Positions 1 to 13,834 of a stretch of DNA of 64,000 nt are shown here, in pieces. Numbering within the stretch: position 1 is the stretch's first letter; each line of letters opens with the position of its first letter. Under the pieces are notes generated by a model. It had not been told where the DNA came from. It did not search any database and was given only the letters and a program-made list of their open reading frames with translations. The stretch is from Lama guanicoe (Eukaryota): assembly GCA_013239625.1 (NCBI GenBank), contig MU054391.1, positions 9,209,095 to 9,273,094 on the forward strand, read 5' to 3'. The position numbers were made by a program, and so were the translations under genes.

Positions 1-28
1 GCTCTGGCAGCCAGAGCAGACTAAGACA

Positions 29-633
29 GGCAATCATCATTAAAACAACCGATTACAAATTGTTTTGAAGCAAATTAAAACGTGGGAAATGTCAGCAAAG
101 AAATTACAAAAATAATCATATGAAAATTATAAACTGAAAATACAAAACTGTAAAAAAATCTTAACTGAATGGGTTCAATAGTAGAATGAAGATGACAGAG
201 TTGATGGCTTCAATACACTTGAGGGTGAAATAATAGAGTTCACCCAACCTGAACAACAGAGAGGAAGGAAACTGAAATAAATAGGAGTCTTCAGGACCAG
301 AGCAGTGATAAGAGCCAAGATTTGTCTCATCAGAGTCCCAGAAGGACTGAGAAAGAGGGTAGAGCAGAAAGAGTATTAGAAGAAGCAATGGTTGAAAACT
401 TCTCAACTTTGGTAAACACACAGCCCTACACATTCAAGAAGCCGAACAAACACCAAAGTGGATAAAGTCAAAGGAGTCACATCAAGTCACATCATAATTA
501 AACTTTGCAAAACTAAAGACAAAAGCAAAGTCTTGAAAGCGGGTAAATGATATATTACTGATACAGGAATACCAGTTTAAGTGACAGTGGATTTCTCTCT
601 CATCTGCACACAGAGCCGGAAGGAAGTGGCACA
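29..633 (+). mobile_element. Old L1 (L1M-type) ORF1 remnant
   Basis: A-rich plus strand with ORF1-like tracts (gggttcaatagtagaatgaagatgacagag; cacatcataattaaactttgcaaaactaaagac); many stops. Confidence 0.75.
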
Positions 634-1012
634 AGTCTTCTCTCTCAGAGAGCACTTGAAAAATATTATCTTCCTTCTGTTTCTTTCCTCTGATTATGAT
701 TTTTATGTTTCCTTTTTCTTGCCTTCCTATGGGATCCTTGAAAAATTTTGAGGACTTCTTTTTATATGTATCAAGTTTCTGAGTACATCTTTTGCATAGT
801 TTTCATAGCATTTGCTCTTGGCATTACAATATATGTATGTAACTCCTAACAGTCCACTGGTATCAACATTTTGCCACTTTGAGCGAAGTGTGGAAAACTC
901 ACTGTAACTTAGGTCTCTTTATCTTACACACTTTTACATATCATTGTCTTGGGTATCAGATGGTGTTATTAATTTTTTGTTCTAACCATCAGATAAGATT
1001 TATAAAGCTTAA
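634..1012 (-). mobile_element. Inverted L1 segment (inter-ORF region plus a short ORF1 piece)
   Basis: Composition flips abruptly to T-rich; the reverse complement reads as an old-L1 inter-ORF region. Confidence 0.55.
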
Positions 1013-1019
1013 GTGCTAG

Positions 1020-3645
1020 CATATTGATAATTATCCTAAATGTCTAAAGATGTCAATCAAAGGCAGAGACTGGCAGAGTGAATAAAACAATACAACTCAA
1101 CTATATGTTGCTTAAAAAAAAACTCACTTCAAATTCAATGGCATAAGTAGACTGAAAGCTAAAGGACAGAAAAATTATGCCATGAAACGTTTTTTTTAAG
1201 AAAAGCGGGAGTGGCTACAGTAATATCTGATGAAGCAGACAGTAGAGCAAAGAAAATTACTAAAAGCAAAGAGCAGCATTGAATGATAAAATAATAGATA
1301 TACCAGAAAAACATAAAGCTCCTCACTGTGTACACACCAAATGACAGGTTCGAAATAAGTGAACGGCAAACTGATTTAGAGCTAAAAGGAGAAATAAACA
1401 AAACCGCAATTGTACTGGGACTTCAACCCCTCCCTCTCAGCAAATGTGAGAGCTACTGGCAGAAGATCAGCAAGATTTAGAAGATGTGAATGGCACAGTC
1501 AACTCACAAGACAGCTGACACATACACAGAGCACCCCACCCAGTAACAGCAGATTACACTTTTTTTTCCCAAGCACCTATGAAGCATTCACTGAGCCAGA
1601 TCATATCTTGGGGTATAAGACAAACCTCAACAAAGTTAGGAGAATTAAAATTATACAGAGTGTGTTCTCTGACCATACAGAAATCAATACCAGAAAAACA
1701 ACAGGAAAATCCCTGAACATGTGGGAATTAAACAATATACTTCTGAATAACTTATGAGTGAACGTCTCAGAAGAAATTTTAAAAATACATAACATTAAAT
1801 AAAAACAAAAATGCAACTTCTCTAAATATGTGGACACAGTGAAATCAGTGCTGAGAGGGAAATTTATAGCCCCGGGTGGTTATATGAGAAATGAAAAAAG
1901 ATCTCAAGTCAATAACCTAAGTTCCGCCTCAAGAAACTAGAGAAAGAAAAGAAAAATAAACTCATCAAGCTGGAGGGAAAAAACAAACAAATAAGAGTAG
2001 ATATCAGTGGAATTGAAAAAAGAAAAATAGAAAGTTGATTGAACAAAAAGCTCAACCTTTGAAAAAAATTAAGAAAATTTGTTTGCCTTTAGCAAAGGTG
2101 TAAGCATTTGTCCAAACTTATCAAACTGTATACAATGAATATGTGTAGCTTTTTGTACGTCAGTTGTACCACAATAAAGCTAATAAATAATAAATTACAT
2201 GGGTGGCTCCTGCTATTTTAAAAAAGAAGACACAAATCAACACTATTAAAAATGAAACAGGGAATATAACTACACATTTTGCCTCCACTAAAACGAGAAA
2301 ACTATGAACAACTTTACACTCACAAATGTACCAGCTTAGAAGAAAAGGACTGATTCCTCTAAAACCACAAACTGCAAAAACTCAGCTAAGACGAAATATA
2401 CAATCAGAATAGCACTATAACCAAAGAAATTGAATTTGAAACTTAAAATATCCATAAACAAGTCTCCATGCCCAGATGGTTGTGCTGGAGAATTTTACTG
2501 AACATCTAAAAAACCAATTAACATCAACTTTATACAATCTCTTTCCAAAAGTGAAAGAGGAAGCAACATTTCCTCACTCATTTTTTGAAGCCAGTAACAT
2601 CCAGATATCAAAGCCATACAAAAATAGTGCTACAGTAAAACAAAACAATAAACTGCTATCTCTCATGAAAAATCCTCAGCAGAGTATTAGCAAATCAAAT
2701 CTATGCAGTGTATAAAAACCCTGTACAATATAACTAAGTGATCTTTGTGCCACCATATCAACAGGCTAAAGAAGAAAAATCATATGACCTGGTGTACATA
2801 AGTATGCTCCACTGATTCTTGACAAAGTTTTGAAAGCCAATTAAATGAAGGAATTCCATCATCTACAAAAAGTAACTCAAAATGGATTGTAGATTTAAAT
2901 GTAAAACTACATAACTTTTAGAAAAGGACACTGAAGAAAATCTTTGGGCTCTGGGACTGGGCAGAGTTCTTAGTCTTGACACCAAAATCATGATAAAGGA
3001 AAGCAAAGGAAAATTGATGAATTAAACTTCATTAAGCTTTCAAACTTTAACTCTATGAATAATCATTTGGAGACAATAAAAGACAAACTACAGACTGAGA
3101 GGAAATATTTGTGAACCACATATTCAACAAAATACGAAAATGTAAGTATACAAAGACCTGTTAAAGCTTAACAGTATAAAAGAAACAAGCAATCTGATGA
3201 GAAAGTAGGCAACAGACAGGAACAGACATTTCACCAAAAAGGATATACAGATGGCAAATAAAAACATGAAAAGATGTTCAACATCATTGGCCATCAGGGA
3301 AATACACATTAAAAACACAACGAAACATTACTACACACTTATCAGAGTAGCTAAAATTAAAAATTGTGGCAGCGCCAATGTTGGTTAAAATGGGATAAAG
3401 TGGATCGATTACTCAGACATAATTAATTAAATGAAAAATGACACAGCCATGCTGGAAAACAGTCTGCTAGTCTCTTAAAAATATATAAACAGGTAATAAC
3501 ATGGGCCAGCAAGTGCACCCTTGGGCATTTATCTCCAAGAAATGAAAACTTAAGTTTACACAAAAGCTGTATACAAGTATTCATAGCGACTCTATCTGTA
3601 TTAGCCAAAAACTGGAATCAGCCCAAATGCCCTTCAATGTGTGCT
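1020..3645 (+). mobile_element. Old L1 ORF2 remnant (EN to C-terminus, internally deleted); separate L1 3' end at about 2095-2190
   Basis: EN-like IK.QRLAE at about 1056, GDFN.PLS-like at about 1418, F.EAS RT-flank motif at about 2581, C-terminal cagatggcaaataaaaacatgaaaagatgttcaacatc. Confidence 0.85.
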
Positions 3646-4060
3646 ATATTAAACTTCAGCTAGACTGGTCAGGAGTAAAACAACAAAAGATACAAATAAC
3701 CAAATCAGGAATGAAAGAAATGAAATCACTATAGATTTCTACAGATCTGAAAATGATACTAAAAGGCTATTATGAGTAATTTTATGCCAATAAATTTGGC
3801 CACCTAGATGAGTGAGCAGTAGCTTAAAATATACAAATTACCAAATCTCACTCAAGAACAAGTAGATAAATCAAGTAGCCGTCTATTATTTTTGTAAATA
3901 ACCTTCTTGCAGAGAAAACTTCAGGCCCCATTCCCCTTTGCAGGGAATTTCACAAAATGTCTAGGGAAAAAATGGTATCAATTTTACACAAATGGCTCCA
4001 GAAAATTGTAGAGAAAGGAATACTGCAGAACTCTTTCCCTGAGGCTTGCATTATTCTGAT

Positions 4061-4063
<3 letters not shown>

Positions 4064-4107
<44 letters not shown>
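4064..4107 (+). repeat. A44 homopolymer inside L1 ORF2
   Basis: 44 consecutive A counted in the sequence. Confidence 0.95.
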
Positions 4108-4109
<2 letters not shown>

Positions 4110-4464
4110 CAGTTATTGCAAAAAGGAAAAATCATGGACCAATAGCACTCACATACACAGATGCTACACAGATGCAAATATTCTAATCAAAATTTTAACA
4201 GATGAAATCTGATAACAAATTTATTTATATGTATTTAAACAAATACTTCATGAATAGGTAAAATTTATCCTAGGAATGTAAAGTCGATTTAACCATTAAA
4301 CATCAATAAACATAATTCACTCTATTAACAGACTTAAAAATAAAACCATACTAGTGTCTCAATAGATTCATAAAGTACTTGAAAAAAATTCAACATCTGT
4401 TCTTGATAAAAACTCAAAAAAGGGAAGAATTAAAGTGAACTTCCTCAACCTAATAAATATATAT

Positions 4465-5040
4465 ATTGCACCCCAATGTTCACAGCAGCACTACATACAA
4501 TAGCCAAGACATGGAAACAGCCTAACTGTCCACTGGCACATGACTAGATAAAGAAGCTGTGGTATATCTATACAATGGAATACTACACAGCCATAAAAAG
4601 GAATAAAATAATGTCATTTGCAACCACATGGATGGACCTGGAGATCATCATTCTAAGTAAAATAAGCCAGAAAAAGAAAGAAAAATACCATATGATATCA
4701 CTCATATGTGGAATCTAAAAAAAAAAAAAGACACTAATGAACTTATATACAAACAGAAACAGACTCACAGACATAGTAAATAATTTTATGTATTACCACC
4801 AGAAGGGAAAAGGGGTGGAAAGGGATAAATTGGGAGTTTGAGATTTTGGAATATTAACTAGTATATACAATATTGATAAACAACAAGTTTCTTCTGCATA
4901 GCACAGGGAACTACATTCAATATCTTATAGTAACCTATTATGAAAATGACTGTATGTATATGTATGACCAAAACAATATGCTGTACACCAGAAATAACTG
5001 ATGCATGGTAAACTGACTATACTTCAATTTAAAAAAATCA
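4465..5040 (+). mobile_element. 5'-truncated younger L1 (ORF2 C-terminus plus 3'UTR)
   Basis: tgcaccccaatgttcacagcagcac ... ctgactatacttcaatttaaaaaaa; homologous to the copies at 13835, 32264 and 59598. Confidence 0.9.
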
Positions 5041-5969
5041 TGATGTAACTAAAAATAAAATAAATGTCATCTACAAAAAGCCTATAGTTAACATCACACT
5101 TAATGGTGAAAGACTGAAGGCTTTCATCCTAATATAAGAAGCAAGCAAGAGTGTCCATTCTCAACACTTCTATTCAACATTGTACCAGAGGTTCTAACCA
5201 GTACACTAGGACAAGAAAAAAAGCAATGGACATTTAAACTGAAAATAGAGAAGACAATCTTTACTCACAAATTACAAGATCATTTATGCAGAAAATTGGA
5301 TAGACTTAACAAAAAAGTTACTAGAAATAATAAGTGAGTTTAAAAAGATTGCAAGATATAAGGTCAATATACAAAAATTAATTGCATGTCTATAAATTAG
5401 CAACAAAAATTAGAAATAAAAATTATAAAAACAATACCATCTATAAGAGTATGAAAATATAAAATACTACACAATAAATCTGACAAAAGACATGCATGAC
5501 CACTGCAAACACTGCTAAGAGAAAATTAATGAAAAACTTAAATAAATGGATAGATATACAATGTTCATGAATGGGAAGACTCAATATTGTTAAATTGTCA
5601 ATTTTTCACAAATTGATCTATAAATTAAAGCCAAACTCAATCATAATCCCTGTAGGCAATGGTTCTAAAATTTGTTTGGAAGTGCAAAGGAATATCTAAA
5701 ATAACTTTGAAAATGAATAAAGTTGTAGCACATACACTACCTGACTTTGAGAATTACTATAATGCTTCAGTAATCAAGGCAGTTGGTAGTAGTGTCAGGA
5801 CAAAGAGATCAATGGAACAGAGAGTCCATAAATAAACCCACACATATATGATCAGTTGCTGTTCAACAAGTTTTGAATTTGTAGCAGCAATCTGCAATAG
5901 CAATTCAGTGAAGAAAGAACAGCCTTTCAATAAATGGTGCTGAAACAAACTGGACATTCATCCATGAAA

Positions 5970-7855
5970 AAAAATTTTTTTTTTCAAAAGTCATACTAGT
6001 TTTTGGTTTTCTTGTTTTTCTCTATTGTTTGCTATTTTATTTATTTCTGTTCTTACATTTATTACTTCTTTTCTGTATTCTGAGTTTCATTTATTTTCTT
6101 TTTTTCAAGTTACCTATGGTGCAAACTAAGTTCACTTATTTGAGACTCCCCTTCTTTCCTAAAATAGAATTTTGTTTCTTAGTTTCTAAATAGAGATTTT
6201 CCAGTCATCTTTCTAATATTGATTTCTAATTTAATTATAACTTAATTATATTGTGGTCAGAGTACAAAATTTGTCTCACTTGAATCTTTTTAAATTTATT
6301 ACACTTATTTTATGGTCTAACAGATGGTCTGTCTTAGTAAAAGTTCCATTTTCACTTGAAAAGAATGCATATTCTGCTGTTATTGGTACTCTGTTCTAAA
6401 CTGTTAAGACAAGTTAGGTGGCAATGCCGCTTAATCAAGAATTCTATATCTTTACCAATTTTATGTTTATTAGTTCTATCAATTATCTGAAAAGAATGAT
6501 GAAATCTCTCATTATGGTGTACATTTGTCTGTTTCCCTTATAGTTCTATTAGTTTTTGCTTTATGTATTTTAATTGATAAACTTTTTGTCAAGAAATCAC
6601 ACTCCTTATCCCTGGTAACATTCACTTTGATGTGTTCTTTGTTTGATAATAATATAGTCATTCCAATCATCTTCTGTTTAATGATAATATGGAATTATCT
6701 TGTGCCATCCTTTTATATTTAACCTATTTTTCTCTTTATACCTAATGCGTGTCTTGTAATCAACACACAGTTCAGTCTTGTTTTTTATCCAATCTGAAAC
6801 ATCTGCCTCTTAATAAAATGTTTAGACCATTTATATTTATGTGCTTATTGATATGTCTCGGTATAAAAATCTTCCACTTTGGTATTTGCTGTTGATTAAT
6901 ATCATGTGTTTCTTGTTTCTTAGCTTTTTTTTTTTTACTTCTTTTGGATTGACTTATGATTCCATACTATATCCTCTGTTGGCTTATTAGATAAAACTCT
7001 TTGTTGTGTTACTTAGAACTTGATTTAAAGTACATAACATACATCTTCAACTTATCACGGTATAACTTTAACTTAAGAGAATTCACTGTATTTGACGTAC
7101 AACCTTACACCATTTCTCCACTCCTGTTGTCATATACAGTCTACTTCTTATTTCATAAACTCCATAATACATTGCTATTATTTTTTTTTGCTTTAAACAT
7201 TTGATTCTAAGAGACAGATTTAAATTATAAGATAAAGGTATTTACATTTATCCATTTACCATTTCTAGTGTTCATTTTTTTTTATTGATCAAGATTTTAA
7301 TTTGATATCAACTTTACTATGATTAAGGTACTTTCCTTAAAAATTCTTACAGTACAGTTTTGCAGAGATACATTCTTTTATCTTTCATATGATTGGAAAA
7401 GGAATTTCCTCTCTTTTTTTGAAACATATTTTTACTGAGTATAGAATTCTAGGATGATAATTTCCTTTTCTTTCAGCACCTCTAACATGCATTATTTCTC
7501 GTGATAAATCTATTGTCATCTGTATCCTTATTCCTCGGTATACGAACACACCCCTCCTCTTGCTCCCAGACCTACTGTCTTTAACATTTTCTCTTTAGAA
7601 CTGGCTTTAACTGGTTTAGACCATAATTCCCCTTCCTGGATTTTTTTGGGGGGAGGGAGAATTTTTCCTGATTATTTTTTTTCTCTCACCTCTTTTCCTG
7701 CCCTTCAGGAACTCCAACTGCACATACATTGCTTGAAGTTGCTCCACAGCTCTGTTCATATTTTTTTCAGTCTTTGTTCATTTCATTTTTAATTGTTTGT
7801 GCTGTTCCTGACTTTAAGTTCACCAGCCTTTTCTTCTGCAATGTTGAATCACACT
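5970..7855 (-). mobile_element. Old L1 (L1M) remnant, reverse strand
   Basis: T-rich tract with antisense L1 motifs (ttgtggtcagagtac; cacttgaaaagaatgcatattctgctgtt; gagtatagaattctagg). Confidence 0.75.
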
Positions 7856-7861
7856 TTTCCA

Positions 7862-8359
7862 GCTGAGGCCAAGCAAGACAACAGTCTGCCTTCTGGTTTC
7901 AGTTCTCATACTGCAAAACAAATGTCCTTTGCATGGTTTCATTAGTGCCATGCTTTTCACACTTGTGTCCTCTTTATTGATGAGTCTGGTGTTTAAAATG
8001 CCCCCCAAGCCTAGTACCGAAGTGCAGTCTAGTGCTCTTAAGCACGAGAAGGCTGTGACGTGCCTTACAGAGAAAACCCGTGTTACACCATTTTTCTTTT
8101 CTTCAGGCGTGAATTATAGTGCCGTTGGCCGTGAGTTCAACCTGAATGAATCAACAACACATATTAAATGATACCTCTGCACAGCAACACACATAAAACA
8201 AAGTTGTATATCAACTGATGGACAAAAATATTGCGATCAGAGATTCACAGGAAACAAACCCTGTATTAACCCTGAGAGCAATGGTTCAGTATTTGCTAAT
8301 TCAACATTCATGGTGAATTTAAAGACAGTAACTACCATGAATAATAAGAATCAACTATG
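7862..8359 (+). mobile_element. TcMar-Tigger MITE, MER82-like
   Basis: Long match to recalled consensus (gtttaaaatgccccccaag...aagcacgagaaggctgtgacgtgccttacagagaaaa...ctaccatgaataataagaatcaact). Confidence 0.75.
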
Positions 8360-8779
8360 TTTTAGCTCTGATGTAAAGTAAATCAGTAGCCATGCTCTAA
8401 TAAAGGTGTCCCATGCTGTGTTCAGTCTGGTGAAGGGAAGGAAGAATTAAAGCCAGGTAGATGTAGTTGTGTTAGTGGCAGACGTGCACCGAGGTTAAGA
8501 ATCTAGAAAGAAGAGCGGGCTTGAAGAGCATTCAGAGTCATGAGTTCATTCCCAGCGTCACTGTTTCCCCAAACAGAATGACCTTATTGATTAGAGAAGA
8601 AAAGTAATTCTCTTAAGCTTTCCTCACAGGTTCTTTTACAAATCCCTTCATGGTTCATAAGTTCAGTAATCACTCACTCCATATCTTGTGCACAGATTTG
8701 AGGTGAGGGGCTAAGAGGATCCTCCACAGGATCGGAGTGGGATGGGAGAAAACAGGTGGGCAGAATCAGCATTGTGAGA

Positions 8780-9250
8780 TGAGTGCATCCCAGGAGAGGT
8801 GCATCCCAGGGTACCACAAAAGCACAGGGAGGACCCCCTGTTCAGCTTAGGGTGTGAGGTCCTTGGGACATTTTGGAAGAAGTGAAATTTAAGCTGATTC
8901 TCGGAGGTTAAAAAGGAGTTTCTCAAGGGAATGGCAGTTGGAGAAGCAGCATATCCAGCTTCCTAAGGAGAGACATAGGGAGAGATGAAAGAGATGATGG
9001 AGGAGAGGAAAGCAAATGAGACCATGCAAGATCTTGTATGTCAGGCTAAGGAGTTCGAGTTTTCTTCTGGAGGCAAACCAGAGCCATGAAAGACTTTTAA
9101 GCAGGAGTGTGCCGAGGCCAGATTTGCACTTTTGAATGGTCCTTCTGGTTGCTGTGTGGAAGACTGATTTAATGAGGAGCAATCCTGGAGGCAGAAAGAT
9201 GAGCATGGAGGTCACTGTAATCATCAAAAGGGGAGATGAGTGGCCGGGAC
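8780..9250 (-). mobile_element. L2 fragment
   Basis: ttttaagcaggagtgtg...ccagatttgcacttttgaatggtccttctggttgctgtgtggaag is typical antisense L2. Confidence 0.75.
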
Positions 9251-9840
9251 TAGGGCAGCGTTTGTCCCCAGTTCCCATCAACTAATGAGTGTTCAAGCCA
9301 CATCAACCGCCTACGACAACTCACACAGATAACTCCACGCCTTTGTGCTCCGGCATGCCATTCTTCCTGTGAAATTCTGCTTCCTATTTTCTTTTGTTTT
9401 CCTTGCAGTTTCCCAATTTCTTCACAGTTTCTCTATTAAAAACAATTGCAAAAACCCTGACACTCACAGAAGTCATTTACATGATCCTTTTCTTTACTTG
9501 GCTCCTATGAGTGTCCCCAAGGCCGATCTGTGTAAGCGGTTGTGGGTTTTCTGACATGCTTACTGCTTTCATGGGCTCACAGATAATTATTTAAACATCT
9601 CAGTCATTTCGTGCCCTCTTTTATTTCTGAGTTTTTCACTGAACTTGAAAATGGTTACAAAATTAGCAATTATCTTCAGGTCACCTTTATTTATGATGGA
9701 GCCTCATTTTCCGGGGGGCTTTCTTAAGATTCGTTTTGATAAATGTCCAAACTCTCTTCTCCGGCTACTTCTAACGCAAAGTAATTTTCCACAAGTCCTT
9801 TATGTTATCTTGAAGACTTCAGATCATATGTGAGCCTGTA

Positions 9841-9893
9841 TGTGTGTGTGTGTGTGTGTGACAGAGAGAGAGAGAGAGGGAGGGAGGGAGGGG
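9841..9893. repeat. Compound microsatellite (TG)10-(AG)n-(GGGA)n
   Basis: Seen directly. Confidence 0.95.
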
Positions 9894-10139
9894 ACACATG
9901 AATATTGGAAGCTACCGTATCTACTTCTCTTTTTGATACATTCGCGCTCAGGGGCAGCTCTGCCCTGTGGATGCTAAGCTGTTAGGTTTATCATTCCTGC
10001 AGGACTTCTTTTCAGAAAGAACATGAACACCTATGGATTTTTCCACTTGATGAGGGTTTGACGCTCGTCTATTTGGAAACATATAATACAGCTAAGAAAC
10101 TTAAACCTTCAAAAAGTCACATGAAGGCAAAGTCATGCA

Positions 10140-11000
10140 CCTGAGCCTGGATTTCTGAACCAAAGGGACCTCGGCTTGAGGGACTGTTCTGTTATTCACA
10201 AGCTGTAGGACACTAGGTAAGCGACAACTTCGCTGAGCCTCAGTGCTCTTAGAAATTTAATTAAGATGATAATGGCTCCTCTGAAGATAATCAAGTGAGA
10301 AAATTCGTAGAAGGACTGGGCACAAGCTAGATGTTCCAAAAGGCTACTATACTTGTTCCCTGCTCTCTCTTACACACACACTCACACACACACGTCTCTA
10401 GCATTAAACATTTATATGTTGTTTTACACTTTTAACACCCATTACTATGCACATCTTCTGTCCTTAACTCATGGATGACATGGTTAGATCAAGTACTGTA
10501 GCTATTATAGACACAGGTTAATGTATATATTATATACAAACATATAAGAATGAATTCTTACTGTGCACCTATGTTGTACTAAACAGTAGACTTCATTCAA
10601 TTCTACAAAAGCCACAGAGGGACACAGGAGAGGTATTATCCACACCACAATCTTCTACTGACAGAGAAACTAAATTCAGAGAGGTAAATCAGCTCAGCCA
10701 GAAAGCTCAGCTAGACCAAGACCGTGTTTTCTGCCTTCCCTGCCATAGCACATGCAGGACCGTGGACATCACAGCTCCAGCGGCAGCTGGTCTGGGTTCA
10801 AATTTGGGCTCTGGCCTGGGTTAGTTGTGCTATTAGGGGAAGGCAGTGTCATTTAAATCTCCTTACTGGTAAAAACAGGATTAAAAACAGTGTCACATTC
10901 CCAGGGCTTTTGTGAGGATGAACTGCGTTAATTCCTCTAAAGCTCTGAGCACAGTTGTGTCTGGCACAGAGCAGGGGCCTGATAAATAATATCTATTCGT
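10140..11000. mobile_element. Cluster of MIR SINE fragments (about 10140-10330 +, 10540-10740 -, 10770-11000 +)
   Basis: MIR core motifs ctgagcctcagt, gaaactaaattcagagaggtaaat, ctgggttcaaat, ttgtgaggatgaa. Confidence 0.7.
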
Positions 11001-11330
11001 GATTTTTATAAAGTAGAAAGACAAGTCATATCCTCTGCACATTAGAGTGATTGTGATTCATATTGATTAAAAAACATAAAGCCCCTTGTATTTTTACTTG
11101 AAGTACCATTCTTTAGATTTCTAACGTCCTCTGCAGGAGAAGAGAGATTAACCAAACGCACCTCCGGATTTCAGATCAGAACTAAGGCGAGGTCATCCAA
11201 AGCATCGTTCCACCCCTCTTACCTTTCATTTCCCCGTCTCAGTGTGGAACTTATCTGCGAAATGTACCAAAGATAATGGATAATCATTAAAGAATTTTTG
11301 AACAGAGAAATAAAACAATTGGGTTTTAGA

Positions 11331-11542
11331 TGGTGGTTCTCAGCTAGAGGGGATTTTGACCCCAGGGGATATTTGCTGATGTCTAGAGACAGTTTGGGTT
11401 GTCGTGACCATGGTGCTGCTACTGGCATCTAACGGGTAGAGGCCAAGGATGCTGTCAAACATCCTACCCTACACAGAAAATCTCCTCCCACCACCATGAA
11501 GAATTATCCGAAGTGTCAAAGTAACAGAGTCGAGAGTTCCTG
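11331..11542 (+). mobile_element. MER20 (hAT-Charlie MITE)
   Basis: gtggttctca...gattttgaccccaggggatatttg...gctactggcatcta...ggtagaggccaaggatgctg...aagaattatcc. Confidence 0.9.
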
Positions 11543-11724
11543 ATCTAAAAGTTGTATGATGAGTGACTTTGGAGACGGGAAAGAAAAGAGCAAAGAAAGC
11601 CAGCCACACGGCTGTTGCAGTAACCCAGGAAGAAAATGATGAGTCTAGGCGTACAGATGATGAAATGCAGGAGGATGCGAATAAGACAGAAGTTCATGAC
11701 CTGGTAAACAGTTAGCACAGTGGG

Positions 11725-12143
11725 TGTAATAGTCAGCTAGGGCTGCTGTAACAAAATACCACACATGGGTGGCCTGAACAACAGAACGTTATTTTCTCAC
11801 AGTTCTGGAGGCTAGAAGCCCAAGATCAGGTGTGGGCAGGTTCAGTCTCCTCCGAGGCCTCTCTCCTTGGCTTGCAGATGGCCACCGTCTCCCTGGGCCC
11901 TCCCGTGGTCTCTTCTCTGTTTGCATGCATCCCTGGTGTCTCTCTGTGTGTCTGTGTTTCCTCTTCTTATAAGGACAGCATTCAGATTGGATGAGGCCCA
12001 CCTTGAAGGCCTTATTTTAACTTCATCATCACTTTAAAGGTCCTATTTCCACACACATCACATTCTGAGGTATTGGGACTTAGGGCTTCAACCTTATGAA
12101 TGGTGTCGGGGCGGGGGGGGGGCACACAGATCACTCCGTAACA
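11725..12143 (-). mobile_element. MaLR solo LTR, MLT1B/C-like
   Basis: agggctgctgtaacaaaatacc...ttctcacagttctggaggctagaag...cttcttataaggaca...cacattctgaggt; TG...CA ends. Confidence 0.9.
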
Positions 12144-12219
12144 GCAGATTTAGGAACAGAGGGCAGTCGGAAAGGCTTTGGGGGCTGGAGGAGCCATTAT
12201 CAAGAAATGATGAGCCCTG

Positions 12220-12690
12220 TTTCAGTTCTCTGACAGGAACAAACCAATCCCAAACTTGGTGGCTGAAAACATCGATTTCTTATTTCTCATGACTCTGTTT
12301 GCTGGCCAAGTGATTGCTCTGCTCCCAGGACACTGCTGGGGCAGTGGGTTAGCTGGGTGATCTAGATGGCCTCATGCACATGGCTGGCAGCTGGTACCAG
12401 CCAGGGCAGGGAGCTCAGCTGTGTCCACAGGGTAGGGCCTCACTTTCCCTCAAGAGGGCCACTTCATGTGGCTCTCTGGCTTTTTTCAGTGACCAGGTCA
12501 CAAAAAGGACCAGCGAGAAGCCAAGATCCAATGAACTACAGCTTATCAAGCTTCTGCTTGCATCATACTAGTAGTCAGTGTCCCATTGGGCAAATTAATC
12601 ACAGGGACAAGCCCAGAGCCACTGTGAGAAGGGGGGGCACAGGAGGAGTGCCAGAGGAAAAGCTCCTGGTGACCTATAGTAACTGTCTAC
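12220..12690 (-). mobile_element. Old MaLR LTR fragment (MLT1I/J/K-like)
   Basis: ggtggctgaaaaca..atttcttatttctcatgactctg; gatggcctcatgcacatggctggcag; tcccattgggcaaa. Confidence 0.6.
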
Positions 12691-12967
12691 CCAGCCCCCA
12701 TGACATCTTCTTTTTATCCCATATCACCCTGCACATTTCCCAGCAGGTATTTGCTTACATCACCGTCTTCCCTAACTGACTGCCCTCCTCAGGGGCCAGG
12801 ACTGTGTTATATTTATCAAATCCCCCACGGCAGTACCTGGGGGATAAAACGGGTGTCCTGGTAATGGTCAGTGAATCACAGAAAGGGATGGAGGAAAGAA
12901 GGAAGAAATGAAAAGACAGAGGAGGCCAGGTCAGGAGTCTCAAACATTGCCATGCCTTTTATTGGGG

Positions 12968-13424
12968 TGTTATGACTAATTTAATGTGTCACTTTGATGG
13001 GACCACAAATCCTGCCCAGATATTTGGCTAAACATTATTTTGGGGGGTATCTGTGAGGATGTTTCCAGATGAAATTAGCATTGGAATCAGTGGACTGAAA
13101 AGCTGTTTGCTCTCCCCAGTGCAGGTGAGCCCCATCCAATCCCCTAAGGGCTTGAATAGAACAAAAAGGTGGGGAAAGAAGGATTCAGCCCTTCCTGCCT
13201 GATTGCTTGAACCAGGACATCAAACTCCTGCTCTTAGGGCTCCTGGTTCTCAGGCCTTTCGGACTTGGTCCGAATTACCCCACCAGCTCCCTGGGTCTCC
13301 AGCTTGCAGACAGCAGACAGTGGGACTCAGCCTCCATAATTGCATGAGCAAATTCCTTATGAGTAAATTTTTTCCTCTCTCCATAGGTATCCTATTGGTC
13401 TGTTCTCTAGAGAACTCTAATACA
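12968..13424 (+). mobile_element. ERVL solo LTR, MLT2-like
   Basis: aatttaatgtgtcactttga...ccagatatttggctaaacattatt...cagcctccataattgcatgagc...ctctagagaactctaataca. Confidence 0.85.
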
Positions 13425-13834
13425 CTGCAGCAGAAAGAAAGGACAAGTTATTTGGTCTCTATTGCCTTCCCTTTCAAAAGGTAAAAATCCCACCTTGTGA
13501 TAAGAACACCTGGAGATCAAACTGCCAAACTTGCTCAGATCAAGAGAACAAAAGATGAGCTGGGAGGCTCAGAGAATACTCATTCGCTTCTATGACCCCA
13601 AACTCTTTCACTCAAAATACTAGTGTAAAAATACTGGCCCAAATGTGTTCCAAACTACTAACTACCAAGAGTTGTTGGAGGCTGAGCACACACGGTAAAA
13701 GCCAGAAATTTCTTGCTTTGGGAAGAATTTCTCTACAGAATAAATCTAGCTCCTGGCACTTACACTTTGTTGTCAGCCAAAGTCTGCACAATAGGAAAAC
13801 ACCCGAAGGCTGTGTCAACAATGAATAAGATCTG

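Larger units (their letters stand above)
3660..5965 (+). mobile_element. Second old L1 ORF2 (RT region) remnant, interrupted by a younger L1 tail
   Basis: NSFPEA and cttaatggtgaaagactgaaggctttcatcct (NG.RL.AF.L) motifs; sequence is collinear across the 4460-5060 insertion. Confidence 0.85.

Noticed and set aside
3950..4177. Poly-Lys and poly-Phe ORFs
   Set aside because: Artefact of the A44 run within a dead L1
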